From positions 1 through 57,578 of the forward strand of contig JAZOOB010000046.1 in the NCBI GenBank assembly GCA_045654845.1: a stretch of DNA of 57,578 bases, read 5' to 3'. A program made the translations under genes and the position numbers. Below, in pieces: positions 46,666-56,170 of the stretch. Below the pieces are notes generated by a model. It did no database searches, was not told where the DNA came from, and was given only the letters and a program-made list of their open reading frames with translations. Source of the stretch: Eubacteriales bacterium (GTDB lineage: Bacteria; Bacillota; Clostridia; Oscillospirales; CAG-272). Numbering within the stretch: the first letter of the stretch is position 1; every line of letters starts with the position of its first letter.

Positions 46666-47955
46666 TTAAAATCCAAGCGTCAAAGCCAAGCCGAGAAGCG
46701 AGGCTATAAGCACGGGTATCGAAATTAAAATGCCGAAAAGGCAAAAGCGTACAAAGGAAAGCTTTACGCCCTGCTCTCTTAATATCTGCATCCACATAAT
46801 GCCCGCCAGAGCACCGATAGGGGTGAGATATGCCCCTATATTCGAGCCTATTACCGTAGCGTAAACGGCAGACAGGGGCACAGAGGAAGAATTCAAAACC
46901 GAAGAAAAAAATACGCTCATCGGAATATTATTGACGAGATTAGCAACCAAGGTGGAAAGAATTCCGTATGTAAAGATGGGATTTCCATTTTGAAAGAGGC
47001 GGGATACCCACACACAAACTCCATTATAATTCAGGGCCTCAACCAGAATAAACATAGAAAGCATAAAGGGCAAAAGCGCCCAAGGTATTCTTTTTACGGT
47101 ATTTAAAGCACCCGACTGCTTTTTTGTCACACCCTTATATACAAGGTCGGACACCAAAACGAGCGAGGCGAAAAACAGTGCGATTTCCCACATTTCAAAG
47201 GGTAAGAAATCGGAAAACGCAAGCATTACCGTCGCAAGCAAAAGGCAAATGCCACCGATAATAGCGCGAGGGGCGTCTATTTGTGCGCCTTCGGTCTTCG
47301 GTGAAATTTCCTTTTTTAACTGTCGGGAAAATATGAGAAGCATAATAAAAAGCGCTGTAATACCGCCAAAAAGCGAGGGCAAAATCATAGCTTTCAAGTA
47401 TTCTATGAAGCCGATACCCGACGCAAGCGACAAGTAAATATTCGTCGGATTTCCTATAACCAAAAGCATAGAAAAGGTGTTTGCACCGACGAATTCTGCA
47501 AAAAGATAAGGAACGGGCGAAATGCCCGCATTCTTACAGAAATAGCAAAGAAAGGGGGTAAAGGTAAGTATCACTATGTCGTTAGAGGTAAATACCGTGA
47601 GCACGGAAACGAGGAAATAGAGCAAAAGAAAAAGATATATCTGCTTTTTCTTTACGTATTTCATAACCTTTACGGCAACGTACGAGAAAAATCCCGCTTC
47701 GTCAAGATATACAGACAAAGCAGACATTGAAAAGAACAAAATGAGAATTCTTATAGGATTTACCGCCGTGTCAGAGGTGAAAAGCGAAAGCGCTCGGCTT
47801 ATTGGCAGAGCACCCGTAATAAGCAAAATTAATGCGCCGATTGCCGTCAGAAGCGGGTAAAGCGGCTTCTTGGTTTTAGGGATAGTAAGCCCCTTGAATA
47901 TGCTGAAAATCATAGCGACGCAAACGAAAAAAACATCCACTAAGCTTATGATCAT
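46666..47955 (-). CDS. ArsB/NhaD superfamily permease
   Basis: Polytopic protein with SNDIVILTFTP and IGNPTNIYL motifs. I prefer the ATG at 47955, after GGGAGAGAG. Confidence 0.78.
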   Translation of the reverse strand: MIISLVDVFFVCVAMIFSIFKGLTIPKTKKPLYPLLTAIGALILLITGALPISRALSLFTSDTAVNPIRILILFFSMSALSVYLDEAGFFSYVAVKVMKYVKKKQIYLFLLLYFLVSVLTVFTSNDIVILTFTPFLCYFCKNAGISPVPYLFAEFVGANTFSMLLVIGNPTNIYLSLASGIGFIEYLKAMILPSLFGGITALFIMLLIFSRQLKKEISPKTEGAQIDAPRAIIGGICLLLATVMLAFSDFLPFEMWEIALFFASLVLVSDLVYKGVTKKQSGALNTVKRIPWALLPFMLSMFILVEALNYNGVCVWVSRLFQNGNPIFTYGILSTLVANLVNNIPMSVFFSSVLNSSSVPLSAVYATVIGSNIGAYLTPIGALAGIMWMQILREQGVKLSFVRFCLFGILISIPVLIASLLGLALTLGF

Positions 47956-48074
47956 AATACACACTCTCTCCCAAAGATAAATCTTCTGTCTGAAATTTAA
48001 TTACAAAATTATCTAACTCAAATATTTTATCATTTTTCTTCCCGAAAAGCAATATAAATTCCAAAAAAAGTAGT

Positions 48075-48111
48075 AAAAAAGAGAGAATTATGACCTGACC
48101 ATAATTCTCTC
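48075..48111 (-). terminator. intrinsic terminator after ispE
   Basis: Minus-strand GAGAGAATTATG-(7 nt loop)-CATAATTCTCTC followed by TTTTTT. Confidence 0.72.
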
Positions 48112-48118
48112 GTAATCT

Positions 48119-48994
48119 TTATACCGACGTGACGGCGTGTGCGCAATCACCGAGCTGTAAAGCTACCTCTTTTGCTTTTTCATAGCTGTCGAAGATGCCG
48201 AAAACAGAAGGGCCGCTTCCACTCATCATAGCGCCGATAGCACCGAGCTCAAGCATCTTTTCCTTTATTTCGCTCGCTTCGGGACAAAGAGGCAAAATAG
48301 CCTCTTCAAAGACGTTATACATATTTTCTGCTATCATTTTCTCGTCCTTGTTCTCTATTCCGAGCATAAGAGCCTCAAATCTTTGCTTTGTTTTTTCTCT
48401 CGGAGCCTTGAAATCCGAATACATCTCGTCGAGCTTTGCATACGCCATAGGGGTAGACACGTGCTCGTTTCCTATTGCGATAACAAAATTAAGCTTTTTT
48501 TCGAGGGAAATCTTTGAGAGCTTTTCGCCCTTGCCGGTGCAAAGCTGAGTTTTTCCCATTATGCAAAAGGGCACGTCCGAGCCGAGCGCTTCTCCCACGC
48601 GACAGAGTCTTTCAAGCGAAAGAGGGTTTCCCTTTATTCTGTTCAGTCCTTTCAATACCGCCGCCGCGTCACTGCTACCACCGGCAAGTCCTGCGGAAAC
48701 GGGTATATGCTTATTTATTCCTATTTTCAAAGAAAATCTCTCGCCTATCGCGTCCATAAAAGCCTCTGCGGCGCGGTATGCCAGATTTTTTTCATTACAA
48801 GGCAGATAATACTTCCCTTTTATGAACATACTTATACGGTTTTCCGAGGAATGCGGAAAGATCTCCAAGGATACCACGTCGTGCAAGGTCACCGCATGCA
48901 TTACAGAGCTTATCTCGTGAAAGCCGTTTGGAAGCTTCTCGGTGACGTCGAGAAAAAGATTTATTTTTGCGTTTGCATTCTCAATTCTTTTCAT
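48119..48994 (-). CDS. ispE: 4-diphosphocytidyl-2-C-methyl-D-erythritol kinase
   Basis: KINLFLDV N-terminus, a GLAGGSSDAAA GHMP kinase motif, and MSGSGPSVFG. Confidence 0.93.
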   Translation of the reverse strand: MKRIENANAKINLFLDVTEKLPNGFHEISSVMHAVTLHDVVSLEIFPHSSENRISMFIKGKYYLPCNEKNLAYRAAEAFMDAIGERFSLKIGINKHIPVSAGLAGGSSDAAAVLKGLNRIKGNPLSLERLCRVGEALGSDVPFCIMGKTQLCTGKGEKLSKISLEKKLNFVIAIGNEHVSTPMAYAKLDEMYSDFKAPREKTKQRFEALMLGIENKDEKMIAENMYNVFEEAILPLCPEASEIKEKMLELGAIGAMMSGSGPSVFGIFDSYEKAKEVALQLGDCAHAVTSV

Positions 48995-49194
48995 TTCTTA
49001 CGTTCCGTTTTCTTAATTTTAAATACATTATACAACTTTTTATCTGCACTTTCAATTACTTTATAAATTTTTTGTATTTTTTTAATATTAACAAAATTCT
49101 GTTGAATTTTCGAAAAGAATATGATATATTATGATATATAATGTGAGTATTGTTTGTAATTTTCTTGAATTTCTAATATAAAACGGGAGACGCT

Positions 49195-50400
49195 ATGTTT
49201 AAAATCGACAAGAACAAAAAGTATTTTACTATATCACTCTATGCGGCGGCGGTTATTGCTATTGCCACCCTCATAGTTCTTATAGGCGTAAATTTTTCTA
49301 CGGTGAGAAATATCTGGAACAGCTTTACCGTAGTCCTTTCTCCTGTCGTCATCGGTCTCATTATCGCGTATATCTGTAATCCTATTATGCGCTTCTATGA
49401 GCAAAAGCTACTGAAATTCAAGACCGACAAAGCGATTTACGTAAAGCTTAAGAGAATTCTTGCTATCACCCTTGCATACACCTCTGTTTTGCTCGTCATC
49501 TCTCTTATGCTCTTCCTCACACTGCCTACGATACTTGAAAATTACGAGACTCTTATTCAGCAGATAACCGACTTTGCGGTAAAGGTAATAGGCAAGCTCG
49601 ACGAAATGCTTAAATCCTTTAACGTCGAAAATATAGACCAGACCATATATTCGTATGCCGACAAGCTGATCGAATATATAGGAAATCAGATAGCAAACTG
49701 GTCGGGAAAGGTTCTTATAACCCTCGTAAAGCTGATTATCGGTTGTATCCTTTCCTTCTACATTCTTCTCTTCAAGGAATCCATCTCTGTTCATACAAAA
49801 AAGTATAGCGCGGCTATACTCCCTAAAAAGGTTTTTGCCTTTTCCTACAAGGTAATAAAGGAAGCGGACAACGCGTTTGGAAAGTACTTTATAGGAAGCG
49901 TTTTCGACTCCATTCTTATCGGCTTTATGACCTTCGTTATATGCTGGATACTTAAGATTCCTTACTACTCCGTTGTCAGCGTTATAGTATGTATTACAAA
50001 CGTTATACCCTATTTCGGTCCGTTTATAGGCGCTATTCCGAGCTTTATAATCATCTTCATTTTCAGTCCTATAAAGGCTATCTGGTTTGTCGTAGTTATT
50101 CTGGTTTTACAGCTTGTAGACGGTAATATAATAGCCCCCCGTATTCTCGGAAACGCAGTCGGTCTCAGCTCTCTCTGGGTAATCACTGCCGTCACCGTAA
50201 TGGGCGGTCTTTTCGGGCTTGTCGGTATGATTCTCGGTATTCCCCTCTTCTCTATAATCTTCACGATAGTCAAGGATATTGTAAACAATCGTTTACAAAA
50301 GAAGAATATGCCCACGAATCTTGACGCGTACGAAGGTGTTTTCGCCTTTTCCGAGGTGAAGAGCGCCGATGCTCCCAAAAAGGAGGAGGACGCTGAATGA
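49195..50400 (+). CDS. AI-2E family transporter
   Basis: 401 aa polytopic protein with NVIPYFGPFIGAIPS and DGNIIAPRILG motifs. Confidence 0.85.
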   Translation: MFKIDKNKKYFTISLYAAAVIAIATLIVLIGVNFSTVRNIWNSFTVVLSPVVIGLIIAYICNPIMRFYEQKLLKFKTDKAIYVKLKRILAITLAYTSVLLVISLMLFLTLPTILENYETLIQQITDFAVKVIGKLDEMLKSFNVENIDQTIYSYADKLIEYIGNQIANWSGKVLITLVKLIIGCILSFYILLFKESISVHTKKYSAAILPKKVFAFSYKVIKEADNAFGKYFIGSVFDSILIGFMTFVICWILKIPYYSVVSVIVCITNVIPYFGPFIGAIPSFIIIFIFSPIKAIWFVVVILVLQLVDGNIIAPRILGNAVGLSSLWVITAVTVMGGLFGLVGMILGIPLFSIIFTIVKDIVNNRLQKKNMPTNLDAYEGVFAFSEVKSADAPKKEEDAE

Positions 50401-51611
50401 AAAACGAATTCAACAAGAGATATCTGACCATTTCTGCGTATGCACTCGGCGTAATATTATTCTCTCTTGCCTTCTTCCTTTTATCCTCTAATATACTTCA
50501 GGTAATAGAGACGGTGAAGGGATTTTTGCACGAGATTCGCTCGGTAATTTACGGCATACTATTTTCACTTCTTTTCTTCCCGTTCATGAGAACGAATGAA
50601 GCTATATTCACCAAGTGGTTATGCAAGAAAAAGGACAGAAAGACACTCGTAAAAATACTTTCCATAGTGTCTTTATACCTTATCTTCTTTATAGTGGTAG
50701 CCTTGGTATTCACTATGATAATACCCCCTATGCTCAGCACTATAACAGAGCTCAGAGCTACGCTTATCACCTCTATTAACAGCACGAAAATATGGATAGA
50801 GTCGATAGCGGTAGACTTCCCCTTTGTATTGACTCTTTACGATAGCGTAGCCGAATTCCTTACCGAAGAGCTCTTCTCTTCGAGTGAAAGCTCGCTCATA
50901 TCTCAGGTGCAGTCCTTAGGTAGCAAAATAATAAGCGAGATTTCAAGCCTTGTGATCGGTCTCATTATTTCGATTTACTTCTTGGCATCGAGAAAATATT
51001 TGAGCTCTATCATAGGAAAGGCGCTTGCCGCTATATTTACACCGCAAAGAGAACGCAAGATAGCGTATTTTATAAAGCGACTCTACACCGATTTCACCGA
51101 ATTTCTTTCGGCAAGAATTCTTTCCTCGCTTTATATGAGCTCTATCACCTTCCTTGTATGCCGACTTTTCGGTATACCCTTCTATCCCTTGATATTCCTT
51201 ATAATGCTGGTATTTAACATAGCGCCCGTATTCGGACCTATGATATCCGCGCTTCTGACAGTCGCGACGATATTTATCACGTCAAGACACCATACGCTCA
51301 TTCTCATTCTCACTATATTGGGCACGCAGATATTCGAAAACCTTATTATCGAGCCTGCTATGCTTAAAAAGAAGCTCCGTCCTAACGTGGGTACTACAAT
51401 AGCTATTTCGCTTTTATCCTATGCTATATTCGGCATTGCCGGCGTAATAGTTTCTATCCCCCTCTTCGCCACTCTCTCGGTAGAATTCCGTCAGCTCACA
51501 GCGAAGATACTCGCAAAAAAGAAGCTTCCGATAAGTGCAGATGAATACAAAGACTACGACCCGACTCTGATAGCATCCGAGGATGCAGACGAAATCGCAA
51601 AGAAGCAGTAG
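50397..51611 (+). CDS. AI-2E family transporter (tandem paralog)
   Basis: 404 aa with NIAPVFGPMISA and ENLIIEPAML motifs. Its start overlaps the upstream stop (ATGA). Confidence 0.85.
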   Translation: MKNEFNKRYLTISAYALGVILFSLAFFLLSSNILQVIETVKGFLHEIRSVIYGILFSLLFFPFMRTNEAIFTKWLCKKKDRKTLVKILSIVSLYLIFFIVVALVFTMIIPPMLSTITELRATLITSINSTKIWIESIAVDFPFVLTLYDSVAEFLTEELFSSSESSLISQVQSLGSKIISEISSLVIGLIISIYFLASRKYLSSIIGKALAAIFTPQRERKIAYFIKRLYTDFTEFLSARILSSLYMSSITFLVCRLFGIPFYPLIFLIMLVFNIAPVFGPMISALLTVATIFITSRHHTLILILTILGTQIFENLIIEPAMLKKKLRPNVGTTIAISLLSYAIFGIAGVIVSIPLFATLSVEFRQLTAKILAKKKLPISADEYKDYDPTLIASEDADEIAKKQ

Positions 51612-51726
51612 CGACAAAAGAAGGGCCTCTAAAGGCAAAAAAGAGAAAATAAAAAGAAAAAGCAGTAAAAAATCAAGAGGATAGGTACATTTTTTAGTCG
51701 CCTGTCCTCTTTTTTTACCAAAACTA

Positions 51727-51755
51727 TTGACAAAATAGAAAGTAAATGCTATAAT
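51727..51755 (+). promoter_or_regulatory. sigma-A type promoter of rpsF-ssb-rpsR
   Basis: TTGACA at 51727-51732, a 17-nt spacer, then TGcTATAAT (TATAAT at 51750-51755). Confidence 0.6.
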
Positions 51756-51833
51756 TCATAATTGGTTTGGACTGCAAAAGTCCGCTCCTTGTCACGTAAG
51801 TGACCGAAACGACCATAAGGAGGTGTAATAAAA

Positions 51834-52190
51834 ATGGAGAAAAAGTTTAATTCTTATGAAACTTTGTTCGTAGTAGACGCAAGACTTTCTGAAGAAGAAA
51901 TCAAGGCTACTGTCGAGAAGTTCACCACTCTCATTGCCGACAACGGTACTATCGAAGAGGTAAACGAGTGGGGTAAGCGCAGACTTGCATATCCTATCAA
52001 TGATTTGACTGAGGGATATTTCGTTTGCGTTAATTTCAAGAGTGCGACTGATTTCCCTGCTGAGCTGAAGCGTATTTACGGTATTTCCGATAGCATTTTG
52101 CGCGCTATGGTAACCGTCGCTCCCGCGAAGAAGGCTGCTCCCGCCGTAGAGGCTGAAGAGAGCGCAGCAGCAGAAGAAGTTGCAGAATAA
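51834..52190 (+). CDS. rpsF: 30S ribosomal protein S6
   Basis: YETLFVVDARLSEEE...WGKRRLAYPI. Position before ssb fits. Confidence 0.95.
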   Translation: MEKKFNSYETLFVVDARLSEEEIKATVEKFTTLIADNGTIEEVNEWGKRRLAYPINDLTEGYFVCVNFKSATDFPAELKRIYGISDSILRAMVTVAPAKKAAPAVEAEESAAAEEVAE

Positions 52191-52207
52191 TTCAGGAGGC
52201 ACAAAAG

Positions 52208-52657
52208 ATGGCAAGTTTTAACAAGGTTATTTTGATAGGCAATTTCGTTGCCGACCCCGAGTTGAAGCAGACTCCTACCGGCATTTCTGTTTGCCGCTTC
52301 AGATTGGCAGTACAGCGCCGTTACGTAAAGGATCAGGAGCAGACCGCTGACTTCATCGACGTAGTCGCTTGGAGACAGACCGCAGAATTTGTGTCAAGAT
52401 ACTTTAAGAAGGGTCGTCCGATTCTCGTTTGCGGTCAGCTGCAGTCGAGAAACTGGACAGACAAGGATGGCGGAAAGCGTTCCTCAGTAGAGGTTATCGC
52501 TGACGAGGTTTCCTTCGTAGAGTCCAAGGGTAATTCCCAGACAGGCGACGCGCCCGCACAGTATACTCCCGCAAATAACTACGGCACCCCTGCTTATTCC
52601 AGTGTTCCCGATACTAATTTCGAGGAAATCACCGCAGACGACGGCCTGCCGTTCTAA
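52208..52657 (+). CDS. ssb: single-stranded DNA-binding protein
   Basis: NKVILIGNFVADPELKQTPTG OB fold and a C-terminal DDGLPF tail. Confidence 0.95.
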   Translation: MASFNKVILIGNFVADPELKQTPTGISVCRFRLAVQRRYVKDQEQTADFIDVVAWRQTAEFVSRYFKKGRPILVCGQLQSRNWTDKDGGKRSSVEVIADEVSFVESKGNSQTGDAPAQYTPANNYGTPAYSSVPDTNFEEITADDGLPF

Positions 52658-52740
52658 CTTCGACGCAAGTCGCTCCCGACGTAAGACTCATACCGTCGGG
52701 TGAATAAGATTTTTGAGTCAGAAAGGTTTAGGATTTCAAA

Positions 52741-52992
52741 ATGGATAGAAACGATACTCAGCGTTCCTTCCGTCCTAATATGCACAGAAAAAAGAAGGTT
52801 TGCGCTTTCTGTACCGATAAAGTTGACGTTATCGATTACAAGGATGTTCCGAGATTGAAGAAGTTCATCTCCGAGCGTGCGAAGATTCTTCCTCGCCGCG
52901 TTTCCGGAACCTGCGCAAAGCACCAGCGCGAGCTCACCACCGCTATCAAGCGCGCTCGTCAGGCTGCTCTTCTTCCCTACGTTAGCAACTGA
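52741..52992 (+). CDS. rpsR: 30S ribosomal protein S18
   Basis: [49 protein letters not shown]. Confidence 0.95.
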   Translation: MDRNDTQRSFRPNMHRKKKVCAFCTDKVDVIDYKDVPRLKKFISERAKILPRRVSGTCAKHQRELTTAIKRARQAALLPYVSN

Positions 52993-53010
52993 TAGGACGA
53001 AGAATAATGA

Positions 53011-53046
53011 AAAAGCAGAGAGGCAACTCTCTGCTTTCTTTTTTTA
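53011..53046 (+). terminator. intrinsic terminator after rpsR
   Basis: AAGCAGAGAG-GCAA-CTCTCTGCTT followed by a T-run. Confidence 0.72.
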
Positions 53047-53056
53047 CAAAACGAAA

Positions 53057-53095
53057 AGAAAAAGCGTACGGTGGGTTATCCGTACGCTTTTTTCT
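53057..53095 (-). terminator. intrinsic terminator after rpsT
   Basis: AAAAGCGTACGG-(8 nt loop)-CCGTACGCTTTT, with runs on both sides. Confidence 0.7.
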
Positions 53096-53099
53096 ATAT

Positions 53100-53363
53100 T
53101 TACGCCATCTTGTTGAGCTTAACAGTGAAGGCGCTCTTCTTATGTGCTGCGCAGTTCTTATGAATGATGCCACGGCAAACTGCCTGGTCGATCTTCTTAA
53201 CTGCAGCCTTGTAAGCTGCCATAGCCGCTGTTTTATCTCCGCTCTCAAGTGCGATGTCATACTTCTTAATGAGAGTACGCATCTGAGTCTTGAAAATCTG
53301 GTTCTGAAGGCTCTTTGCTTTAATTACCTTAACACGCTTCTTTGCGGACTTGATATTAGCCAT
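53100..53363 (-). CDS. rpsT: 30S ribosomal protein S20
   Basis: MANIKSAKKRVKV... ATG at 53363 after AGGAGGAAAGAA. Confidence 0.93.
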   Translation of the reverse strand: MANIKSAKKRVKVIKAKSLQNQIFKTQMRTLIKKYDIALESGDKTAAMAAYKAAVKKIDQAVCRGIIHKNCAAHKKSAFTVKLNKMA

Positions 53364-53631
53364 TTCTTTCCTCCTTAAAATTTTCATCTCTATCAAAGTC
53401 TCACCTGAGAGGGTGCGAAACTTCAACAGCGTCATACAGTTAAATATAATATCACATTTAATTCAAAATATCAAGTCTTTTTTGAACTTTTTTTCAATTT
53501 TTTTAATTTTTTTATTAATTTTTAGAAATTTTATGCGGTTTTTTTGATTTTCTTACTAAAATACTATTGACAAGTCGTATTTAATATGGTATACTTGTAA
53601 AGCATTTTGTTTTACAGCTATAGAGGTGCGT

Positions 53632-53988
53632 ATGTTTGAGAAGAATATGAATATTCCCTACCTCTTGGATTTCTACGGTGAGGTCCTTTCAGAGCGAAGC
53701 AGAAATATACTCGAAATGTATTACGGCGACGACCTCTCTCTTTCCGAAATCGCGGAAAACGAGGGCATTTCCCGTCAAGGCATACGCCATATTATAAAAA
53801 AGGGCGAGGAGGAGCTTTTCTTCTTAGAAGAGCGCTTAGGCCTTGCCGCAGATTTTACAGATCTTACGAGCGCGGCAAACGAGCTTTTCGAAATCTCAAA
53901 CGAGCTGAAAAGCGAAAAGGACGAAAAAATCAGGCTTCTTGCCGAAAAAGCAGAGGCTTGTGCCGAAAAGATCTTATCCAAAAAATAA
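53632..53988 (+). CDS. ylxM: YlxM/UPF0122 putative helix-turn-helix protein
   Basis: LLDFYGEVLSERSRNILEMYYGDDLSLSEIAENEGISRQGIRHIIKKGEEEL, located immediately upstream of ffh. The start could instead be the ATG at 53647. Confidence 0.8.
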   Translation: MFEKNMNIPYLLDFYGEVLSERSRNILEMYYGDDLSLSEIAENEGISRQGIRHIIKKGEEELFFLEERLGLAADFTDLTSAANELFEISNELKSEKDEKIRLLAEKAEACAEKILSKK

Positions 53989-54006
53989 AAAAGGAGGAAC
54001 AAGCCT

Positions 54007-55344
54007 TTGTTCCAGAGCCTTACAGATAAGCTTTCAAACGCTTTTAAAAAATTTAAAAACAAGGGTAAGCTTACCGAGTCGGAAGTACGCGAGGGTATGC
54101 GCGAGGTCAAGCTCGCTTTGCTCGAAGCCGACGTAAACTTCAAGGTGGTGCGCGAATTTGTCAAGGCCGTCACCGAAAGAGCGGTAGGTAGCGAGGTGTT
54201 AGAGAGTCTACTCCCTGCACAGCAAATAATAAAGATAGTAAACGAAGAGCTTATAAACCTTATGGGCGGTGAGACGCCGAAGCTCGAAATTTCCTCAAAG
54301 CCCCCGACGGTCGTGATGATGGTCGGTCTTCAGGGCGCAGGTAAGACCACTCATAGCGCAAAGATCGCGGGTATGTATAAGAAAAAGGGCAAGAGCCCTC
54401 TGCTTGTCGCGTGTGACGTATACCGTCCTGCGGCTATCAAGCAGCTTGAAATCGTGGGTGAACAGTTAGAGATCCCCGTATTTTCTATGGGAAGCGGTAT
54501 TTCCCCTGTCGAAATTGCGAAGGCGGGCGTAGAGCACGCGCGCAAAAACGGCTACGATATGGTCTTTTTAGACACCGCAGGACGACTTCACATAGACGAA
54601 GAGCTGATGGGCGAGCTTGAAAGCATAAAGACGTCGGTCTCTCCATCGGAAATTCTCCTTGTAGTAGACGCTATGACAGGACAGGACGCAGTAAACGTAG
54701 CGCAGTCTTTCAATGAAAAGCTTGATATTACGGGCGTGGTTCTCAGCAAGATGGACGGCGACACCCGAGGCGGTGCGGCACTTTCCGTCAAGTATATCAC
54801 AGGCAAGCCTATTAAGTTTATAGGAACGGGCGAAAAGCTCGACACCATAGAGATCTTCCACCCTGACAGAATGGCATCGCGTATTCTCGGAATGGGCGAC
54901 GTTCTTTCTCTCATTGAAAAGGCAGAGGAAAACTACGACAAAAAGGTAGCTCTCGAGCTCGAAAAGAAGATGCGCGACGCGACCTTCACACTCGACGACT
55001 TTCTCGACCAGTTCAAGCAGATAAAGAAGATGGGCAACTTTGAACAGCTTATTTCCATGCTCCCCGGTGTAAAGGCGGGCTCTCTTAAGGATATGAGCGT
55101 AGACGAAAAGCAATTAGCGAGAACCGAGGCTATCATTCTTTCTATGACAAAGCAGGAAAGAGCGAAGCCCGACATAATAAACGGCTCACGCAGAAAGCGT
55201 ATTGCTAAGGGAAGCGGATGTACCGTCGAGGACGTAAACCGTCTTTTAAAGCAATTTGAGCAGATGAAGAAGATGATGAAGCAATTATCTTCGCCGAAGA
55301 TGCGAGGTATGTTCGGCAATCCCAGAATGAAAATTCCGTTTTAA
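54007..55344 (+). CDS. ffh: signal recognition particle protein Ffh
   Basis: TTG start. GLQGAGKTT and DTAGR GTPase motifs, plus a methionine-rich M domain. Confidence 0.96.
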   Translation: MFQSLTDKLSNAFKKFKNKGKLTESEVREGMREVKLALLEADVNFKVVREFVKAVTERAVGSEVLESLLPAQQIIKIVNEELINLMGGETPKLEISSKPPTVVMMVGLQGAGKTTHSAKIAGMYKKKGKSPLLVACDVYRPAAIKQLEIVGEQLEIPVFSMGSGISPVEIAKAGVEHARKNGYDMVFLDTAGRLHIDEELMGELESIKTSVSPSEILLVVDAMTGQDAVNVAQSFNEKLDITGVVLSKMDGDTRGGAALSVKYITGKPIKFIGTGEKLDTIEIFHPDRMASRILGMGDVLSLIEKAEENYDKKVALELEKKMRDATFTLDDFLDQFKQIKKMGNFEQLISMLPGVKAGSLKDMSVDEKQLARTEAIILSMTKQERAKPDIINGSRRKRIAKGSGCTVEDVNRLLKQFEQMKKMMKQLSSPKMRGMFGNPRMKIPF

Positions 55345-55395
55345 ATCGGATTTTTATAAATAAATTATATTATATATTTTTCGGAGGAAAAAACA

Positions 55396-55641
55396 ATGGC
55401 AGTAAAAATCAGACTTAGAAGAATGGGCGCAAAGAAGGCTCCCTTCTACCGTGTAGTTGTAGCAGACGGCAGATACCCCAGAGATGGTAGATTCATCGAG
55501 GAGATCGGCTACTACAACCCCCTTACCGATCCCGCTGAAATCAAGATCGATGCAGACAAGGCAAGCGCATGGCTTGCAAAAGGCGCTCAGCCCACTGACA
55601 CTGTAAAAGCGCTTTTCAAGAAAAGCGACATCATTAAGTAA
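55396..55641 (+). CDS. rpsP: 30S ribosomal protein S16
   Basis: [24 protein letters not shown]. Confidence 0.95.
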   Translation: MAVKIRLRRMGAKKAPFYRVVVADGRYPRDGRFIEEIGYYNPLTDPAEIKIDADKASAWLAKGAQPTDTVKALFKKSDIIK

Positions 55642-55680
55642 TCTTTCTTTGTATACTTATAATTACAAAGGAGATTAATA

Positions 55681-55914
55681 ATGGATTTGAAGGCTATTCT
55701 CACCGACATAGCGCGCGCAATAGTCGACACGCCCGAGGCAGTTACCGTAGAAGAAACCGTAGACGGCGATAAGGTAACTCTCGTTCTCTCGGTTTCCGAG
55801 GACGACACGGGAATGGTCATCGGACGTCACGGCAAGATTGCGAAGGCTATCCGCGCGGTTATGAAGGCTGCGGCTAATAATTGCGGAAAGCACGTTACCG
55901 TAGAAATCAAATAA
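55681..55914 (+). CDS. KH domain RNA-binding protein (YlqC/UPF0109)
   Basis: 77 aa with a MVIGRHGKIAKAIRAVM KH motif. Position after rpsP fits. Confidence 0.85.
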   Translation: MDLKAILTDIARAIVDTPEAVTVEETVDGDKVTLVLSVSEDDTGMVIGRHGKIAKAIRAVMKAAANNCGKHVTVEIK

Positions 55915-55915
55915 G

Positions 55916-55945
55916 AAAAACGAGGTCAAACGACCTCGTTTTTCT
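55916..55945 (+). terminator. intrinsic terminator after the KH-domain gene
   Basis: AAAAACGAGGTC-AAAC-GACCTCGTTTTT. Confidence 0.78.
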
Positions 55946-55950
55946 TTTAT

Positions 55951-55981
55951 AAAAAAATTTCGGGCGCATTTTCTGCGCCCG
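55951..55981 (-). terminator. intrinsic terminator after the small membrane peptide gene
   Basis: Minus-strand CGGGCGCA-GAAAA-TGCGCCCG followed by AAATTTTTTT. Confidence 0.6.
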
Positions 55982-56011
55982 TAAAATACCGTGCAAAACC
56001 GACAAGCAAAA

Positions 56012-56170
56012 TTAAAGCTCTGCTGCTTCTGCTTCGTCAAGGATTTCTTCAGCTTCTTCAATAACTTCGTCCTCTTCGCAAGCTCTGTACTTCTCCCAAA
56101 GCATAAGAGCTGCAATTACGGCACCTGCAAGTACTGCCAAAAAGCCGATTGCTGCAAAAAACTTAGACAT
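56012..56170 (-). CDS. small membrane peptide (52 aa) with acidic C-terminal tail
   Basis: Below the ORF-track size cutoff. My manual translation is MSKFFAAIGFLAVLAGAVIAALMLWEKYRACEEDEVIEEAEEILDEAEAAEL. GGAG lies 8 nt upstream of the ATG at 56170. It has its own promoter (TTGATT 56229-56234, 17-nt spacer, TATAAT 56206-56211 on the minus strand) and its own terminator. Confidence 0.6.
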   Translation of the reverse strand: MSKFFAAIGFLAVLAGAVIAALMLWEKYRACEEDEVIEEAEEILDEAEAAEL

